Shown here: one piece after another, positions 51,632 through 62,386 of the stretch
Position numbering within the stretch: position 1 is the stretch's first letter
How the letters are laid out: each line of letters starts with the position of its first letter
Source of the DNA: an uncultured Actinomycetes bacterium
Lineage (GTDB): Bacteria; Actinomycetota; Thermoleophilia; RBG-16-64-13
Length of the DNA: 64,000 nucleotides
Direction of reading: 5' to 3'
NCBI GenBank assembly: GCA_963706025.1
Contig: CAVPLM010000005.1
Coordinates: 576,001-640,000, forward strand
The notes under the pieces: model-generated
Told to the model about the DNA's origin: nothing
The model's input: only the letters and a program-made list of their open reading frames with translations
The model's database searches: none
Position numbers and translations under genes: made by a program

Positions 51632-53045
51632 GGGTGCTCCTTGCTGCCGTGTTCTTGACCACCTGATTCACCGCTTGTCCGATATCCGTCACCGCCACCA
51701 ACTCCACTCCGGGAGCCATCCCTCCGGCTCCCAAAAGCTCTTCCGCGTTTCGGCCGGGGATCAGGATGCGAGGAAACCCGCGCCGCGTGAGCTCCTGGAC
51801 ACGCTTCTCGCCTTGCAGGACGTAGCGTATCTTCCCGGTGAGACTCACCTCCCCGAAGGCGGCCACGCCTTCAGCGCCGCCGCCGTCCCGCCAGGCCGAA
51901 GCCACCGCCAGAGCCACCGCCAGATCGGCGGCGGGATCCTCGAGCACCAGTCCTCCTGCAACGTTAACAAAAATGTCGCATTTGAGCAGCGGCAGTCGAG
52001 CCCGGCGGTTAAGAACTGCCACGATCATGGCCAGACGGTTGCGGTCGACGCCTCTGGCCACCCGCTGGGGCATCGCCAGGTTGCTGGGGGTCACCAGCGC
52101 CTGCACCTCGGCCAGAAGGCAGCGAGTGCCTTCAAGGACCGGCACCACCGCCGATCCGGAGCGCAGGTCGCCGTCTTCAAGGAAGATCGACGAAGGGTCG
52201 GGGACTTCCACCAGCCCTTGCTCGGCCATCTGGAACACGCCCACCTCGTTCGTGGAACCGAAGCGGTTCTTGACCGCCCGTAGGATGCGGAACGGCTGCG
52301 TCCTCTCCCCTTCGAACGACAGCACCGCGTCGACCATGTGCTCGAGCACCCGCGGGCCGGCCAGTTCTCCCTCCTTGGTCACGTGGCCGACCAGAACCAG
52401 GGCCATCCCACCGGCCTTGGCCACCCGGAGAAGCTGAGCGGTGGAATCACGGATCTGCGCGATCGAACCCGGAGTGGACCCCACCTCCGACGACCACAGG
52501 GTCTGCACCGAGTCGACCACGCACACCTCCGGCCTCAGGTGCTCGAGAGCAGCGACCACCGACTCGGTCTGGGTCTCGGTGAGCAGGCGAAGGTCGCCCA
52601 TGCCCGGCTGGGTCCCTCCCAGCCTGGTGCTGCGCAGCTTGACCTGAGCCGGCGACTCCTCCCCCGAGATCAACAGCGTGGAGACGCCGCGTGCCTCCAT
52701 GCTGAGCAGGGCCTGAAGGAGAAGGGTGCTCTTGCCCACGCCCGGTTCGCCCCCCACCAGCACCACCGACCCGGCCACCAGCCCGCCGCCCAACACCCGG
52801 TTGAACTCGCCCAGACCGGTATCGATGCGGGCCTGGGCGCCGAGATCGACGGCGGACAGGTGGAGGGGCGCGGGCGCCGCCACGGGCGGGCCCGCGCTGC
52901 GCGATCCGAGGCCACGCGGCACTTTCGGGGGCACCACTTCCTCGACAATGGTGTTCCAGCTGCCGCATCCCGGGCACCGTCCCAACCATCCCGGGGAGGC
53001 ATAGCCACACTCCCGGCAGATGAAGGAGCTCTTGCCGCGCGGCAT
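51624..53045 (-). CDS. radA: DNA repair protein RadA/Sms
   Basis: CxxC..WLGRCPGC, GEPGVGKST, KNRFG. Confidence 0.96.
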   Translation of the reverse strand: MPRGKSSFICRECGYASPGWLGRCPGCGSWNTIVEEVVPPKVPRGLGSRSAGPPVAAPAPLHLSAVDLGAQARIDTGLGEFNRVLGGGLVAGSVVLVGGEPGVGKSTLLLQALLSMEARGVSTLLISGEESPAQVKLRSTRLGGTQPGMGDLRLLTETQTESVVAALEHLRPEVCVVDSVQTLWSSEVGSTPGSIAQIRDSTAQLLRVAKAGGMALVLVGHVTKEGELAGPRVLEHMVDAVLSFEGERTQPFRILRAVKNRFGSTNEVGVFQMAEQGLVEVPDPSSIFLEDGDLRSGSAVVPVLEGTRCLLAEVQALVTPSNLAMPQRVARGVDRNRLAMIVAVLNRRARLPLLKCDIFVNVAGGLVLEDPAADLAVALAVASAWRDGGGAEGVAAFGEVSLTGKIRYVLQGEKRVQELTRRGFPRILIPGRNAEELLGAGGMAPGVELVAVTDIGQAVNQVVKNTAARSTRG

Positions 53046-53058
53046 GGGCCGCTCCGTT

Positions 53059-55549
53059 CTACTTGGTCTCGTCGGCCACGAGGATGTCCGGCGCCCCGAG
53101 GATGACCTCCAAGATGACCAGATGGTCGTCCTCACGATCCAAGAGCACGGTGCTGCCCCGAGGGAACCGGCCCGAAAGCACTTCTTCGGCCAGCAGGTCT
53201 TCCACGTGACGCTGGATGGCGCGCCGGAGCGGGCGCGCGCCCATGGTGGGGTCGAAGCCCACGTTAACGAGGAACTCCTTGGCGTCCAGGGTGAGGGCAA
53301 GGCCTATCTCGCGGTCTTTGAGTTGCTCTTCCACCCGGGCCATCATCAGTTCGACGATGTCGGTGATCTCCGGACGGGAGAGTTTGCGGAACACGATGAC
53401 TTCGTCCACCCGGTTCAGGAACTCGGGCCGGAACATCTTCTTCAGCTCCGCGGTGACCCGGTTCTTCATCTCTTCATACTCCAGGCCGCCCTCTTCCACC
53501 GGCTCGCCGAAGCCCAGAGTCTGACCTTTTGAGATGGTGGAGGCACCGATGTTCGACGTCATGATGATGATGGCGTTGCGGAAGTCCACTGTGCGCCCTT
53601 GGGCGTCGGTGAGCCTGCCGTCCTCCAGTATCTGCAGGAGGATGTTGAACACGTCCGGATGAGCCTTCTCGATCTCGTCGAGCAACACCACCGAGTAGGG
53701 GCGGCGGCGCACCGATTCGGTGAGTTGGCCGCCTTCGTCGTAGCCCACGTAGCCGGGCGGCGAACCTACCAACCGGCTGACGGCGTGCTTCTCCATGAAC
53801 TCCGACATGTCGACCTGGATGAGCGCGGCCTCGTCCCCGAAGAGGAACTCCGCCAGGGTGCGGGCCAACTCCGTCTTGCCCACGCCCGACGGGCCCAGGA
53901 AGATGAAGGAACCGGCGGGACGGTGAGGATCTTTGAGGCCGGCGCGCGAACGGCGGATGGCCCGAGAGACGGCCTTGACCGGCTCGTCCTGGCCGACCAC
54001 CCGCTTGTGCAGGGCTTCCTCCATCCGCAGCAACCGGTGCCGTCTCGGCCTCAGTGAGCTTCGTCACCGGGATGCCGGTCCACATGGCGGTGACTTCCGC
54101 GATCTCGTCCTCTCCGATGGAGATCTCGGCGGCTTCGTCGGACTCGCGCCACTTGTCTTCCAGTTCCTTGCGCTGGTTCAGCAGCTTTCGCTCCCGATCC
54201 CGCAACGCGGCCGCCTTCTCGAAATCTTGGATCTCGATGGCCGCTTCTTTGTCCCGGCGTACCTCGAGGATGGCATCCTCCACCTCGCGCATGTCGGGCG
54301 AGGCGCACATGTTCTGGATACGCTTGCGAGAGGCCGCCTCGTCGATCAGGTCGATGGCTTTGTCGGGCAGGAAGCGGTCGCTGATATAGCGGTCGGCCAG
54401 GTAGGCGGCGGCTTCGAGAGCCTCGTCGGTGATGCGCACCTTATGGTGCGCCTCATAGCGCTCGCGGAGTCCAGACAGGATCTGCCTAGTCTCGAGGACA
54501 CTCGGCTCTTTGACCAGGATCTTCTGGAAACGTCGCTCAAGGGCGGCATCCTTGGCCAAGTGCTTTCGATACTCATCCAGAGTGGTGGCCCCGATGGTCT
54601 GCAACTCTCCCCGCGCCAGGGCCGGCTTGAGAATGGAAGCCGCATCGATGGCACCTTCGGCGGCGCCCGCCCCCACCAGATTGTGGATCTCATCGACGAA
54701 GAGGATGATGTCGCCGCGCTCGCCGATCTCTTTCATGACCTTCTTGAGGCGCTCTTCGAACTCGCCCCGATACTTCGACCCGGCCACCAGGGCACCCAGG
54801 TCGAGGGTGTAGATCTGCTTGTCTTTGAGCAGGCTGGGCACATCGTTCTTGGCGATACGCTGGGCCAATCCCTCTACCACCGCCGTCTTGCCGACACCGG
54901 GCTCGCCCACCAGCACGGGGTTGTTCTTCGTGCGCCGCGAGAGGATCTGCATGACGCGCTCGATCTCCGTCTCCCGTCCGATCACCGGGTCGAGCTTGTC
55001 CTCCTCGGCGTACTTGGTGAGATTGCGCCCGAACTGATCGAGGACTTTGGACGTCTTGCGGTCCTTGCTCTCGCCAGTGGCGCCCGCCGTGGTCCCCCGG
55101 CTCTGCCGGCGGGTCGGACCGGCCAGCACCCGCATGACCTCCTGGCGTACCCGGTCGGCGTCGACCTCCAAGTCGTTCAAGATCCGCGCAGCCACCCCTT
55201 CGCTCTCCCGTACCAATCCCAACAGGATATGCTCGGTACCGATGTAGTTGTGCCCCAGGGACAGAGCCTCGCGCAACGCCCATTCCAGCACCTTCTTGGC
55301 CCGAGGTGTAAACGGGATCTGGCCCTGCGACTCGTTGTCGCCCTCCCCTACGATGCGGACCACCTCTCCCCGCACCTCTTCGAGGCTGACTTCCAAGGCG
55401 CCCAGCACTCGGGCGGCGACTCCGTCGGCCTCCCGCAGGAGACCGAGGAGCAGATGCTCCGTCCCGATGTAGTTGTGGCGAAGGACCCGAGCCTCTTCTT
55501 GGGCTAAGACGACCACCTGTCGGGCTCGCTCTGTGAACCTTTCGAACAT
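53059..55549 (-). CDS. clpC: ATP-dependent Clp protease ATP-binding subunit ClpC (frameshift near 54035)
   Basis: [31 protein letters not shown] domain, GPSGVGKT; split over two ORFs. Confidence 0.96.
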
Positions 55550-55564
55550 TACTTCCCTCTCCGA

Positions 55565-56581
55565 CTAGCGCGCGCAGGCGCCTGCGAATATCTCGCGCAG
55601 CAGCCGCGCCCGGGTCTGATCTATCTCGGGGCTTTCCAAACAGCCCGTTTTCGCATCCAAATGGTCCATCACGATGTGCGCCGGCTGCAGCCTCGTCATC
55701 AGATCGAAGACGGACTCCGCCGGCAGACCGGGGACTTCCACCAGCCCTTGCTCGAGCCCCACCTGGGCGGCCGAAAGCACATTGACCGCCTCCGAGAACG
55801 ACATGGACCACCCGTGCTGGCCCACTCCCAGAGAGCGCCCGATGTGGTCGCGAGCCTGGATGGGGTTCTCCCGCAGAAGCATCTTCCTCACCGATCGTTC
55901 CTTCTCCGCGATGCCGTGGGAAATGACCTCGATTTGCTGGAGTATCTCCGCTTCGGGTTTACCCTGCCGTCCCAGGTTGGAAACCTGGACGACGCCTCCT
56001 GCTCCGCCCCAGAGAGGTGTCAAAGCCAGGCCGTCGGTCACAAGTTCGAGGGCGATGCCTCCCAAACGACCCGTGAGCATGAGAGCGGGAACCTGCAGGG
56101 TAGCGTAGACCCGCATCCCGCTGCCCGCCTGACTCGGCCTGCTGGTCAGATAGCCCCAACTAGCATCGAAGGCGTAGGCCAGGACCGTCTCCAAGCGGTC
56201 GTCGAGCGCAGCCAGGAGCGACCAGAGATCGTCCAGATGGTCGCCGGCCCGGAAGCCGAGCAAACGTACGTGGTCGACCCCATTGATCTCGAGGGAAGCC
56301 TGATCCTCGCCGTACACCGCGAAACCCCTGCCCTCCCCGGCACCATCGGCGAAAGTCGGGGTCATGAGTCCCTGTTCCACCAAACGGATAGTCTCGACGC
56401 CGGAGAGATCATCGAGATCGTAGACCCGCCAGGGTCGCTCCCAAACGCCTTCGGTCAGAGTATCGACGATCTCTTGGCGCAGCTCCTCCAGCACCTCACC
56501 CTGTTCGACATGGGAGAAGCGCCTCCGCGCCTCGTTGCGGGAAAGCCCCAGACCCGAGGCTGCAAGCGTGGAGGCGCTCAC
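55565..56581 (-). CDS. mcsB: McsB-like ATP:guanido phosphotransferase with degenerate catalytic motifs
   Basis: Between mcsA and clpC; INGVDHVR, GYLTSRPSQAGSGMR, QVSN, LQPAH. Confidence 0.8.
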   Translation of the reverse strand: MSASTLAASGLGLSRNEARRRFSHVEQGEVLEELRQEIVDTLTEGVWERPWRVYDLDDLSGVETIRLVEQGLMTPTFADGAGEGRGFAVYGEDQASLEINGVDHVRLLGFRAGDHLDDLWSLLAALDDRLETVLAYAFDASWGYLTSRPSQAGSGMRVYATLQVPALMLTGRLGGIALELVTDGLALTPLWGGAGGVVQVSNLGRQGKPEAEILQQIEVISHGIAEKERSVRKMLLRENPIQARDHIGRSLGVGQHGWSMSFSEAVNVLSAAQVGLEQGLVEVPGLPAESVFDLMTRLQPAHIVMDHLDAKTGCLESPEIDQTRARLLREIFAGACAR

Positions 56582-57171
56582 GACGCACCGCTTTCCAGCT
56601 TCTGGCCCAGTTCGGCCAGCCGGTCGCGGACACCCGCCGCTTCTTCGAAGCGCTCGCATTCCACAAGCTCGCGCAGCATGCGCTCGAGGCGCATGATCTC
56701 GTGACGCAGGGAGTCGTTCTCCGGCACCCGACGAGGCACCTTGCCCAGGTGCTCCGTCGGCTGTACATCACCGTCCAGTGCAGTCTGCAGGTCGTCGGCG
56801 AAAACCCGGTAGCAGTTGGGACAACCCACCATCGCCGATTCCTCGAGATCGGTAAGAGTGGTGCCACATACACCACAAAACCGGTCCTCCTTCGGGGGTG
56901 CGGGAGTCTCGGCTGCCTCGCTCTCGATATGCTCCTGGGTCAGACGACGAAATACCGACGGTACCGCCAGCACCAGAGCCAGGCCGTCCGTCTGTTCGGC
57001 GATGCTCTGGGCGCAGTCGGGACAGAGATGAGTGTGGGTGACGGCCCCATCCACCACCCTGAGCAGGTGCATGGTCGCCTTTTCTTCACCGCACAGCTCA
57101 CAGTCTGCTGAGCCGTCAAGGTCAAGATTCCAGTCGGGTGATTCCTCTGCAAACACCCGGTCCACCTCCAA
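56578..57171 (-). CDS. mcsA: McsA (four CxxC plus UVR motif)
   Basis: CELC, CPDC, CGVC, GCPNCY, HLGKVP, ERFEEAAGVRD. Confidence 0.92.
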   Translation of the reverse strand: MEVDRVFAEESPDWNLDLDGSADCELCGEEKATMHLLRVVDGAVTHTHLCPDCAQSIAEQTDGLALVLAVPSVFRRLTQEHIESEAAETPAPPKEDRFCGVCGTTLTDLEESAMVGCPNCYRVFADDLQTALDGDVQPTEHLGKVPRRVPENDSLRHEIMRLERMLRELVECERFEEAAGVRDRLAELGQKLESGAS

Positions 57172-57434
57172 CGGTAGGCCTGCCTGGCCCGCCGGCCACC
57201 GGCACGAAAGTAGGAGAAAACAGCGCTCACCGTGCCGGGAATGGTCGAGAAACTACTGCCCGAAGTGTAGCATAATGGGCTTTCGGCCTCGGGCCTGGAC
57301 CTCCTTCCCACAGTCCTTCACATCCGCTAAGACTGGCGGAAGCGTGCCGCCGTTCCAAGCCCTCAGCAGAGGCGTATCCAGGCCCTCAGCGCGCCGGGAA
57401 TGCAGCACCCCCGGTCGTTCGGCGCGCAGGTCGA

Positions 57435-58964
57435 TCAGCGCTCAGGTCGCAGCTGGGGGAAGAGGATAACGTCTCGGATCGATTCCATGCCCAGCAGCAT
57501 CATGGCCAGACGGTCGATACCGATACCCAGTCCGCCCGCCGGCGGCATGCCGTACTCCAGAGCCCGAAGGAAATCCTCATCGACCACGTGAGCCTCCTCG
57601 TCGCCGGCCTCCTTGTTGCGCTCTTGCTGCTCGAACCGGCGCCGCTGGTCCATGGGGTCGTTGAGCTCCGAGAAAGCATTACCCATCTCCTTGCCGCCGA
57701 TGATGGGCTGGAACCGCTCCACCAGCTGCGGATCGTCCGGCCGGCACTTGGCCAGGGGGCTGAGTTCCAACGGGTAGTCGATGGCGAAGGTGGGTTGGAT
57801 GAGCGCCGGCCACACGACATGCTTGAGCGCTTTGTCGACCAGGGTGGCGAAGGTCTCCCGGTTATCAACCTCGATCCTTCGCTCGTGGAGAACTCTATTG
57901 GCAGCCTGAGGGTCGGCGCGGATGGCGGCCAGCGAGAGACCCACATGCTCCCGAAGGAGGGAATCTATGGTGCACCTGGGCCACGGGGGCTTCAGCTCGA
58001 TGCTGTTCTCCCCCACCACGACCTGGGTGGTGCCGATCACTTCCACGGCCAGAGCCGGGATCATGTTCTCAACCAACTCCATGATCGCGTTGTAGTCCAC
58101 ATAGGCCCAGTAAAGCTCCATCATGGTGAATTCGGGATTGTGGACCAGCGAGATACCCTCGTTCCGGAAATTCTTCCCGATCTCAAAGATGCGATCGAAC
58201 CCCCCCACCAGCAGCCGCTTGAGATAGAGCTCGGGCGCTATGCGCAGGTAGAGGTCGGTGTCGAGCGCGTTGTGGTGGGTCACGAACGGTCGGGCCAGGG
58301 CTCCACCGGGCAACGGCTGAAGGATGGGCGTCTCCACCTCTACGAACCCCTGGGCTTCCAGATAGCGGCGCATGGCCGACACCAGCTTGCCCCGAGCCTG
58401 CAGCTGCCACGCGACCGCCGGGTTGGCGACAAGGTCGACATAGCGCTGACGGTAGCGGGTCTCACGGTCCTGCAGGCCATGCCACTTCTCAGGGAGCGGG
58501 CGCAGGGACTTGGTGAGGAGAGTCCAGTCCTTGGCGAAGACCGTCAGCTCCCCTCGCCGGCTCCGAAACACGTGCCCCTCGCAGCCGATGATGTCGCCGA
58601 CGTCGATGTCGGTTAGCCTTGAGAAAGAACCTTCACCCAGAGTATCGACGTTGGCGTAAACCTGCAGATCGTCCCAACCGTCACGCAGGGTGACGAATAC
58701 TGCCTTGCCGTGCTCTCGGCGCGCCATCACACGGCCGGCCACCCGGTAATGCGCACCCTCGTCCTTCGCGCCGGGTTCGAGGCCGGTGTGCGCCTTGGTG
58801 ACCTCCCCGAGGTGAGTCCGCGGATCGAAGCAGCGCGCGTAGGGCTCTATGCCGTCGTGGCGCAGCCGTTCGGCCTTGTTCAGACGGTCTCGCTCCCAGT
58901 CGGGCAGTTCCGCCGCGAGGCCGTCGCCTTCGCCGTTCTCAGCGGATCCGCCGGACGCGCTCAT
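57435..58964 (-). CDS. lysS: Lysine--tRNA ligase (class II)
   Basis: RYRQRYVDL, LRIAPELYLKRL, FRNEG, GLGIGIDRL. Confidence 0.97.
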   Translation of the reverse strand: MSASGGSAENGEGDGLAAELPDWERDRLNKAERLRHDGIEPYARCFDPRTHLGEVTKAHTGLEPGAKDEGAHYRVAGRVMARREHGKAVFVTLRDGWDDLQVYANVDTLGEGSFSRLTDIDVGDIIGCEGHVFRSRRGELTVFAKDWTLLTKSLRPLPEKWHGLQDRETRYRQRYVDLVANPAVAWQLQARGKLVSAMRRYLEAQGFVEVETPILQPLPGGALARPFVTHHNALDTDLYLRIAPELYLKRLLVGGFDRIFEIGKNFRNEGISLVHNPEFTMMELYWAYVDYNAIMELVENMIPALAVEVIGTTQVVVGENSIELKPPWPRCTIDSLLREHVGLSLAAIRADPQAANRVLHERRIEVDNRETFATLVDKALKHVVWPALIQPTFAIDYPLELSPLAKCRPDDPQLVERFQPIIGGKEMGNAFSELNDPMDQRRRFEQQERNKEAGDEEAHVVDEDFLRALEYGMPPAGGLGIGIDRLAMMLLGMESIRDVILFPQLRPER

Positions 58965-59446
58965 TACGACATCTTGCCGATGGCCAGTATCTCGTAGTGA
59001 AGAGAGCCGACCGGCACCGGCACGGTGAGGACGTCGCCCACGCGCCTCCCGATGATGGCCTGCCCCACCGGTGATTCGTTCGACAGCCGGGCCCTCGCCG
59101 GATCGGCCTCAGCAGAACCGACCAGAGTGTAGATGCGGATCTCCCCGGCATCCACGTCTCGCAGGGTGACCGTGCTCCCGACGCTCACCTTGTCGGTCTC
59201 GATCTCAGAGTCCTTGATGACCCGGGCCCGCCGGAGTTTCTCCTGAAGCAGGCTGATGCGATGCTCCAGCATGGCCTGCTCGTTCTTGGCGTCATCGTAC
59301 TCGGAGTTCTCGGTGATGTCGCCAAACTCCCGGGCGGCGCGGATGCGCTCGGCCACCTCTTCCCTTTTCACCGTCGAGAGATAAGTGACCTCGTCCTGGA
59401 GTTGCTTGAGACCTTCTTCTGTGAGCATGATTTCTGTGCGAGACAC
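58964..59446 (-). CDS. greA: Transcription elongation factor GreA
   Basis: AREFGDITENSEYDDAKNEQ, SNESPVG. Confidence 0.96.
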   Translation of the reverse strand: MSRTEIMLTEEGLKQLQDEVTYLSTVKREEVAERIRAAREFGDITENSEYDDAKNEQAMLEHRISLLQEKLRRARVIKDSEIETDKVSVGSTVTLRDVDAGEIRIYTLVGSAEADPARARLSNESPVGQAIIGRRVGDVLTVPVPVGSLHYEILAIGKMS

Positions 59447-59502
59447 GATTACCTTCCTTGGACGGCCGCCAAAAGGACAAGTGCGCCTGAAAGTAGCCGC
59501 GC

Positions 59503-59531
59503 ATTATAAGTTGGGTGACCGTAGTTGTCAA
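59503..59531 (-). promoter_or_regulatory. Consensus sigma70 promoter for greA-lysS
   Basis: TTGACA-N17-TATAAT. Confidence 0.85.
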
Positions 59532-59595
59532 TACGCGAAAAGCTCGGGCGATAAGGCAAACACCCCGAGCGACGGTGCCCTCGGAGGCCGGGGAC

Positions 59596-60666
59596 TCAGG
59601 CCTCAGTCGCGGCCAGTCCTGCCAAAGCCTCGTCCAACGCCCCGGCGTCGCCGGTAGACCTCAGTCGCTCCAGGGTGGACGCTGGAACTCCCGATGGACG
59701 CAGGTACCAGCTCAGCAACTTGCGGATCCACCGGGCCGCTCGCTCCGGGCCCTGCTCTGCCGCGGCCAGACTGAGAAGCCGGCGAAGGTCTTCCACGACC
59801 ACGGGGAGAGGGGGGCGCGCTGCGCTCCTGCCGGAGAGCAGCGCGCCCACCAGCCAGGGGTTGCCGGCCACACCCCGGGCGGCCATCAGAGCCGCCGCCC
59901 CGGTGGCTTCCCACACCGAGAACGCCGAGGTTACGCTCACTACGTCGCCCGAGGCCATCACCGGCACCCCCACTGCGGCCACCACCGCCGCAGTGATAGC
60001 GTGATCGGCGGCCCCCCGGTAATACTGCTCGGCCGCGCGGGGATGCACCCCCAGGCCCTGCACGCCCACCGCCTCCAGGCGGGGAGCCAGTCCCACCACG
60101 GTCCGCTCGCCCTGTCTCATTCCGCTCCGAAGCTTCACCGTCACCGGCACACCCGCCTGTAGCGCCACGCGCACCACGGCCGCCGCCACAGCCACCGCCC
60201 GATCGGGGTCGCCCAGGAAGGCGGCTCCTGCGCCGGTCCGCACCACCTTCCGCACCGGGCACCCCATGTTGATGTCGATCAGGTCGGGTACGGCGGGACG
60301 ACTGAGGACCACCTCCGCGGCCCGGGCCATGACGCCAGGGGTGTCACCGAAGAGTTGAACCGCGATCGGCCGTTCTTCTTCCGCGAAGTCGAGATATCCG
60401 GCAGTGCGGACATTGCCGTGAAGAAGACCGTAGACGCTGACCATCTCGGTGGTCACCAGACCGGCGCCGTGCGCCTTGAGGTGCCGCCGGTAGGCGCTGC
60501 TGGTGAGCCCGGCCATGGGAGCCAACACCACCCGGTTGGGGACATGGAGGCCTCCGATACAAAAAGGAGCAGCCAGAGACGCGCTGGTGGACGGACCAGG
60601 CGCATCGGACGAAGTAGATCTCGGGGGCGGTGCCTCCGGCACCGCCCGCCCATCCGGCACCCTCAT
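59596..60666 (-). CDS. dusB: tRNA-dihydrouridine synthase
   Basis: LAPMAG, VQLFG, DINMGCP, PVTVKLR. Confidence 0.92.
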   Translation of the reverse strand: MRVPDGRAVPEAPPPRSTSSDAPGPSTSASLAAPFCIGGLHVPNRVVLAPMAGLTSSAYRRHLKAHGAGLVTTEMVSVYGLLHGNVRTAGYLDFAEEERPIAVQLFGDTPGVMARAAEVVLSRPAVPDLIDINMGCPVRKVVRTGAGAAFLGDPDRAVAVAAAVVRVALQAGVPVTVKLRSGMRQGERTVVGLAPRLEAVGVQGLGVHPRAAEQYYRGAADHAITAAVVAAVGVPVMASGDVVSVTSAFSVWEATGAAALMAARGVAGNPWLVGALLSGRSAARPPLPVVVEDLRRLLSLAAAEQGPERAARWIRKLLSWYLRPSGVPASTLERLRSTGDAGALDEALAGLAATEA

Positions 60667-60693
60667 GTTCTGACCCTCGGGGCGCCGAGCATC

Positions 60694-61461
60694 CTAAGGA
60701 AGATTGCGCCTGTAGATGATCTCCAGGCCCTTGAGAGTGAGCAGTGGATCGAGCTTGTCGAGGGTGCTCGCGTGATCGAAGATGAGAGGAGCCAGGCCCC
60801 CGGTGGCCACCGTGACCGCCTCTGCCCCCATCTCGACGCGCATCCGTGTCACGATCCCGTCCACCTGCCCGGCGAAGCCGTACAGGGCCCCGGCCTGCAT
60901 GGCCTGAACCGTGCTCCGGCCGATCACAGTGCCCGGATCCGCCAGCTCTATCTTGAGAAGCCGCGCGGCCCGAGTGGCGAGCGCATCCAGCGACACCTCT
61001 ATGCCGGGCGCGATGGCATGGCCCAGATACTCTCCCGCAGCCGATACGGCGCTGAAAGTGGTGGCAGTGCCGAAGTCGACGGCGATGCAGGGGCCTCCAT
61101 AGGCATCGTGAGCGGCGACTGCGTCGACGATGAGATCGGGACCGACCTGCCGCGGATCACTGGTGAGAATGGGCATGCCCGTCTTCACACCCGGGCCCAC
61201 CATGAGGGCCTCCAGGCCGAACCTGCTCACAGCCATGGACGCATACTCCTGGCTCAGCCTGGGCACCACCGAAGCCACCGCCAAACCGGTGACCGAATCT
61301 CGCGAGAACCCGTCCAGGTGTAGCAGTCCCTCGATCAATACCGCGATCTCGTCCCCGGTCTTGTGGACATCGGTGGCAAAGCGCCAATTGCCGGCGAAGT
61401 CCCTCCCGGAGAAGAGCCCGACCGCGGTCTGGGTGTTGCCTACATCGACCGCCAGCAACAT
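60694..61461 (-). CDS. coaX: Type III pantothenate kinase
   Basis: LLAVDVGNT, VDFGTATT, ATGG, LTLKGL. Confidence 0.95.
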   Translation of the reverse strand: MLLAVDVGNTQTAVGLFSGRDFAGNWRFATDVHKTGDEIAVLIEGLLHLDGFSRDSVTGLAVASVVPRLSQEYASMAVSRFGLEALMVGPGVKTGMPILTSDPRQVGPDLIVDAVAAHDAYGGPCIAVDFGTATTFSAVSAAGEYLGHAIAPGIEVSLDALATRAARLLKIELADPGTVIGRSTVQAMQAGALYGFAGQVDGIVTRMRVEMGAEAVTVATGGLAPLIFDHASTLDKLDPLLTLKGLEIIYRRNLP

Positions 61462-61534
61462 GATGGTCCTCCTCGCCTCCTCGAATCCGTGGGTATTCTC
61501 ATGTCCCCCAGGCGATATCCCGCGGGCGAAGGCT

Positions 61535-62386
61535 TCACTTGTCCGCCAGCAGAGTCAGCCCCACATTCGCCGCAGGAGCGCCCATGGTCAGAGCGCTGGT
61601 GGAGATGAGGTCCACCCCGGTCTCCGCCACCACCCGCACACTGTCCAGAGTCACGCCGCCTGAAGCCTCCAGCACCACTTCTGGATCGAGCTCTCGCGCC
61701 AGTCGCACCAGCTTCCGCAAGGACTCCGGGCTCTGGTTGTCAAGCATGATCAAGTCTGCGCCGCAGGCGATAGCCTCGCGGAGATCGGCCTCGTTCTCCA
61801 CTTCCACTTCGACCTTGATGTAGTGAGGATGAGCCATCTTGACCCTGTCCATCGCCGCCCGCACCCCACCGGCGGCGGTGAGGTGGTTGTTCTTAAGCAG
61901 CACCATGTCGAACAGACCGAACCGGTGGTTGTGACAACCTCCGTAGATGACCGCCCGCTTCTCCCACACGCGCAGCCCCGGAGTGGTCTTGCGGGTATCG
62001 ACCACGGTCGCGCCGGTGCCTTCCACGGCGCGTGCAAATCGCCTGGACTCGGTGGCTACGCCGGAAAGATGGCTGAGGAAGTTGAGCATGGTACGCTCCG
62101 CCGTCAGGATGCTGCGCACCTGCCCTTCGATCGTCGCCAATCGGTCTCCATCGGTCGCCGACGCCCCGTCCTCCACCAGCGCAACGAAGACCGCTTCCGG
62201 ATCTACCTCGCTCATGGCGGCCGCGGCCAACGGCAGGCCGCACACCACCATTTCCTCCCGAGCCGTTATGACCGCCCGGCCGCGGAGGCCAGGGGGCACG
62301 GTCCACGTGGAGGTGACGTCCCCGTAGCCGGCAAGATCCTCGGCCAAGGCCTGCCGGACCAGGACGAGACTCGCCTGTTCGTTCAC
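61535..62386 (-). CDS. nadC: Quinolinate phosphoribosyltransferase
   Basis: ERTMLN, DTRKTTPG, NHRFGL, EVEV, MLDN, EASGG. Confidence 0.96.
   Translation of the reverse strand: MNEQASLVLVRQALAEDLAGYGDVTSTWTVPPGLRGRAVITAREEMVVCGLPLAAAAMSEVDPEAVFVALVEDGASATDGDRLATIEGQVRSILTAERTMLNFLSHLSGVATESRRFARAVEGTGATVVDTRKTTPGLRVWEKRAVIYGGCHNHRFGLFDMVLLKNNHLTAAGGVRAAMDRVKMAHPHYIKVEVEVENEADLREAIACGADLIMLDNQSPESLRKLVRLARELDPEVVLEASGGVTLDSVRVVAETGVDLISTSALTMGAPAANVGLTLLADK

Noticed and set aside
4095-54040. Frameshifts in A2M, two SLH genes, ARPP-1, GT4, M28, rlmB and clpC as pseudogenes or programmed frameshifts
   Set aside because: They affect conserved housekeeping genes, both halves are intact and there is no common slippery motif; sequencing indels are the simpler explanation
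57110-57430. CtsR box upstream of mcsA
   Set aside because: The only GTCAA repeat lies inside the coding region; no heptad repeat in the promoter
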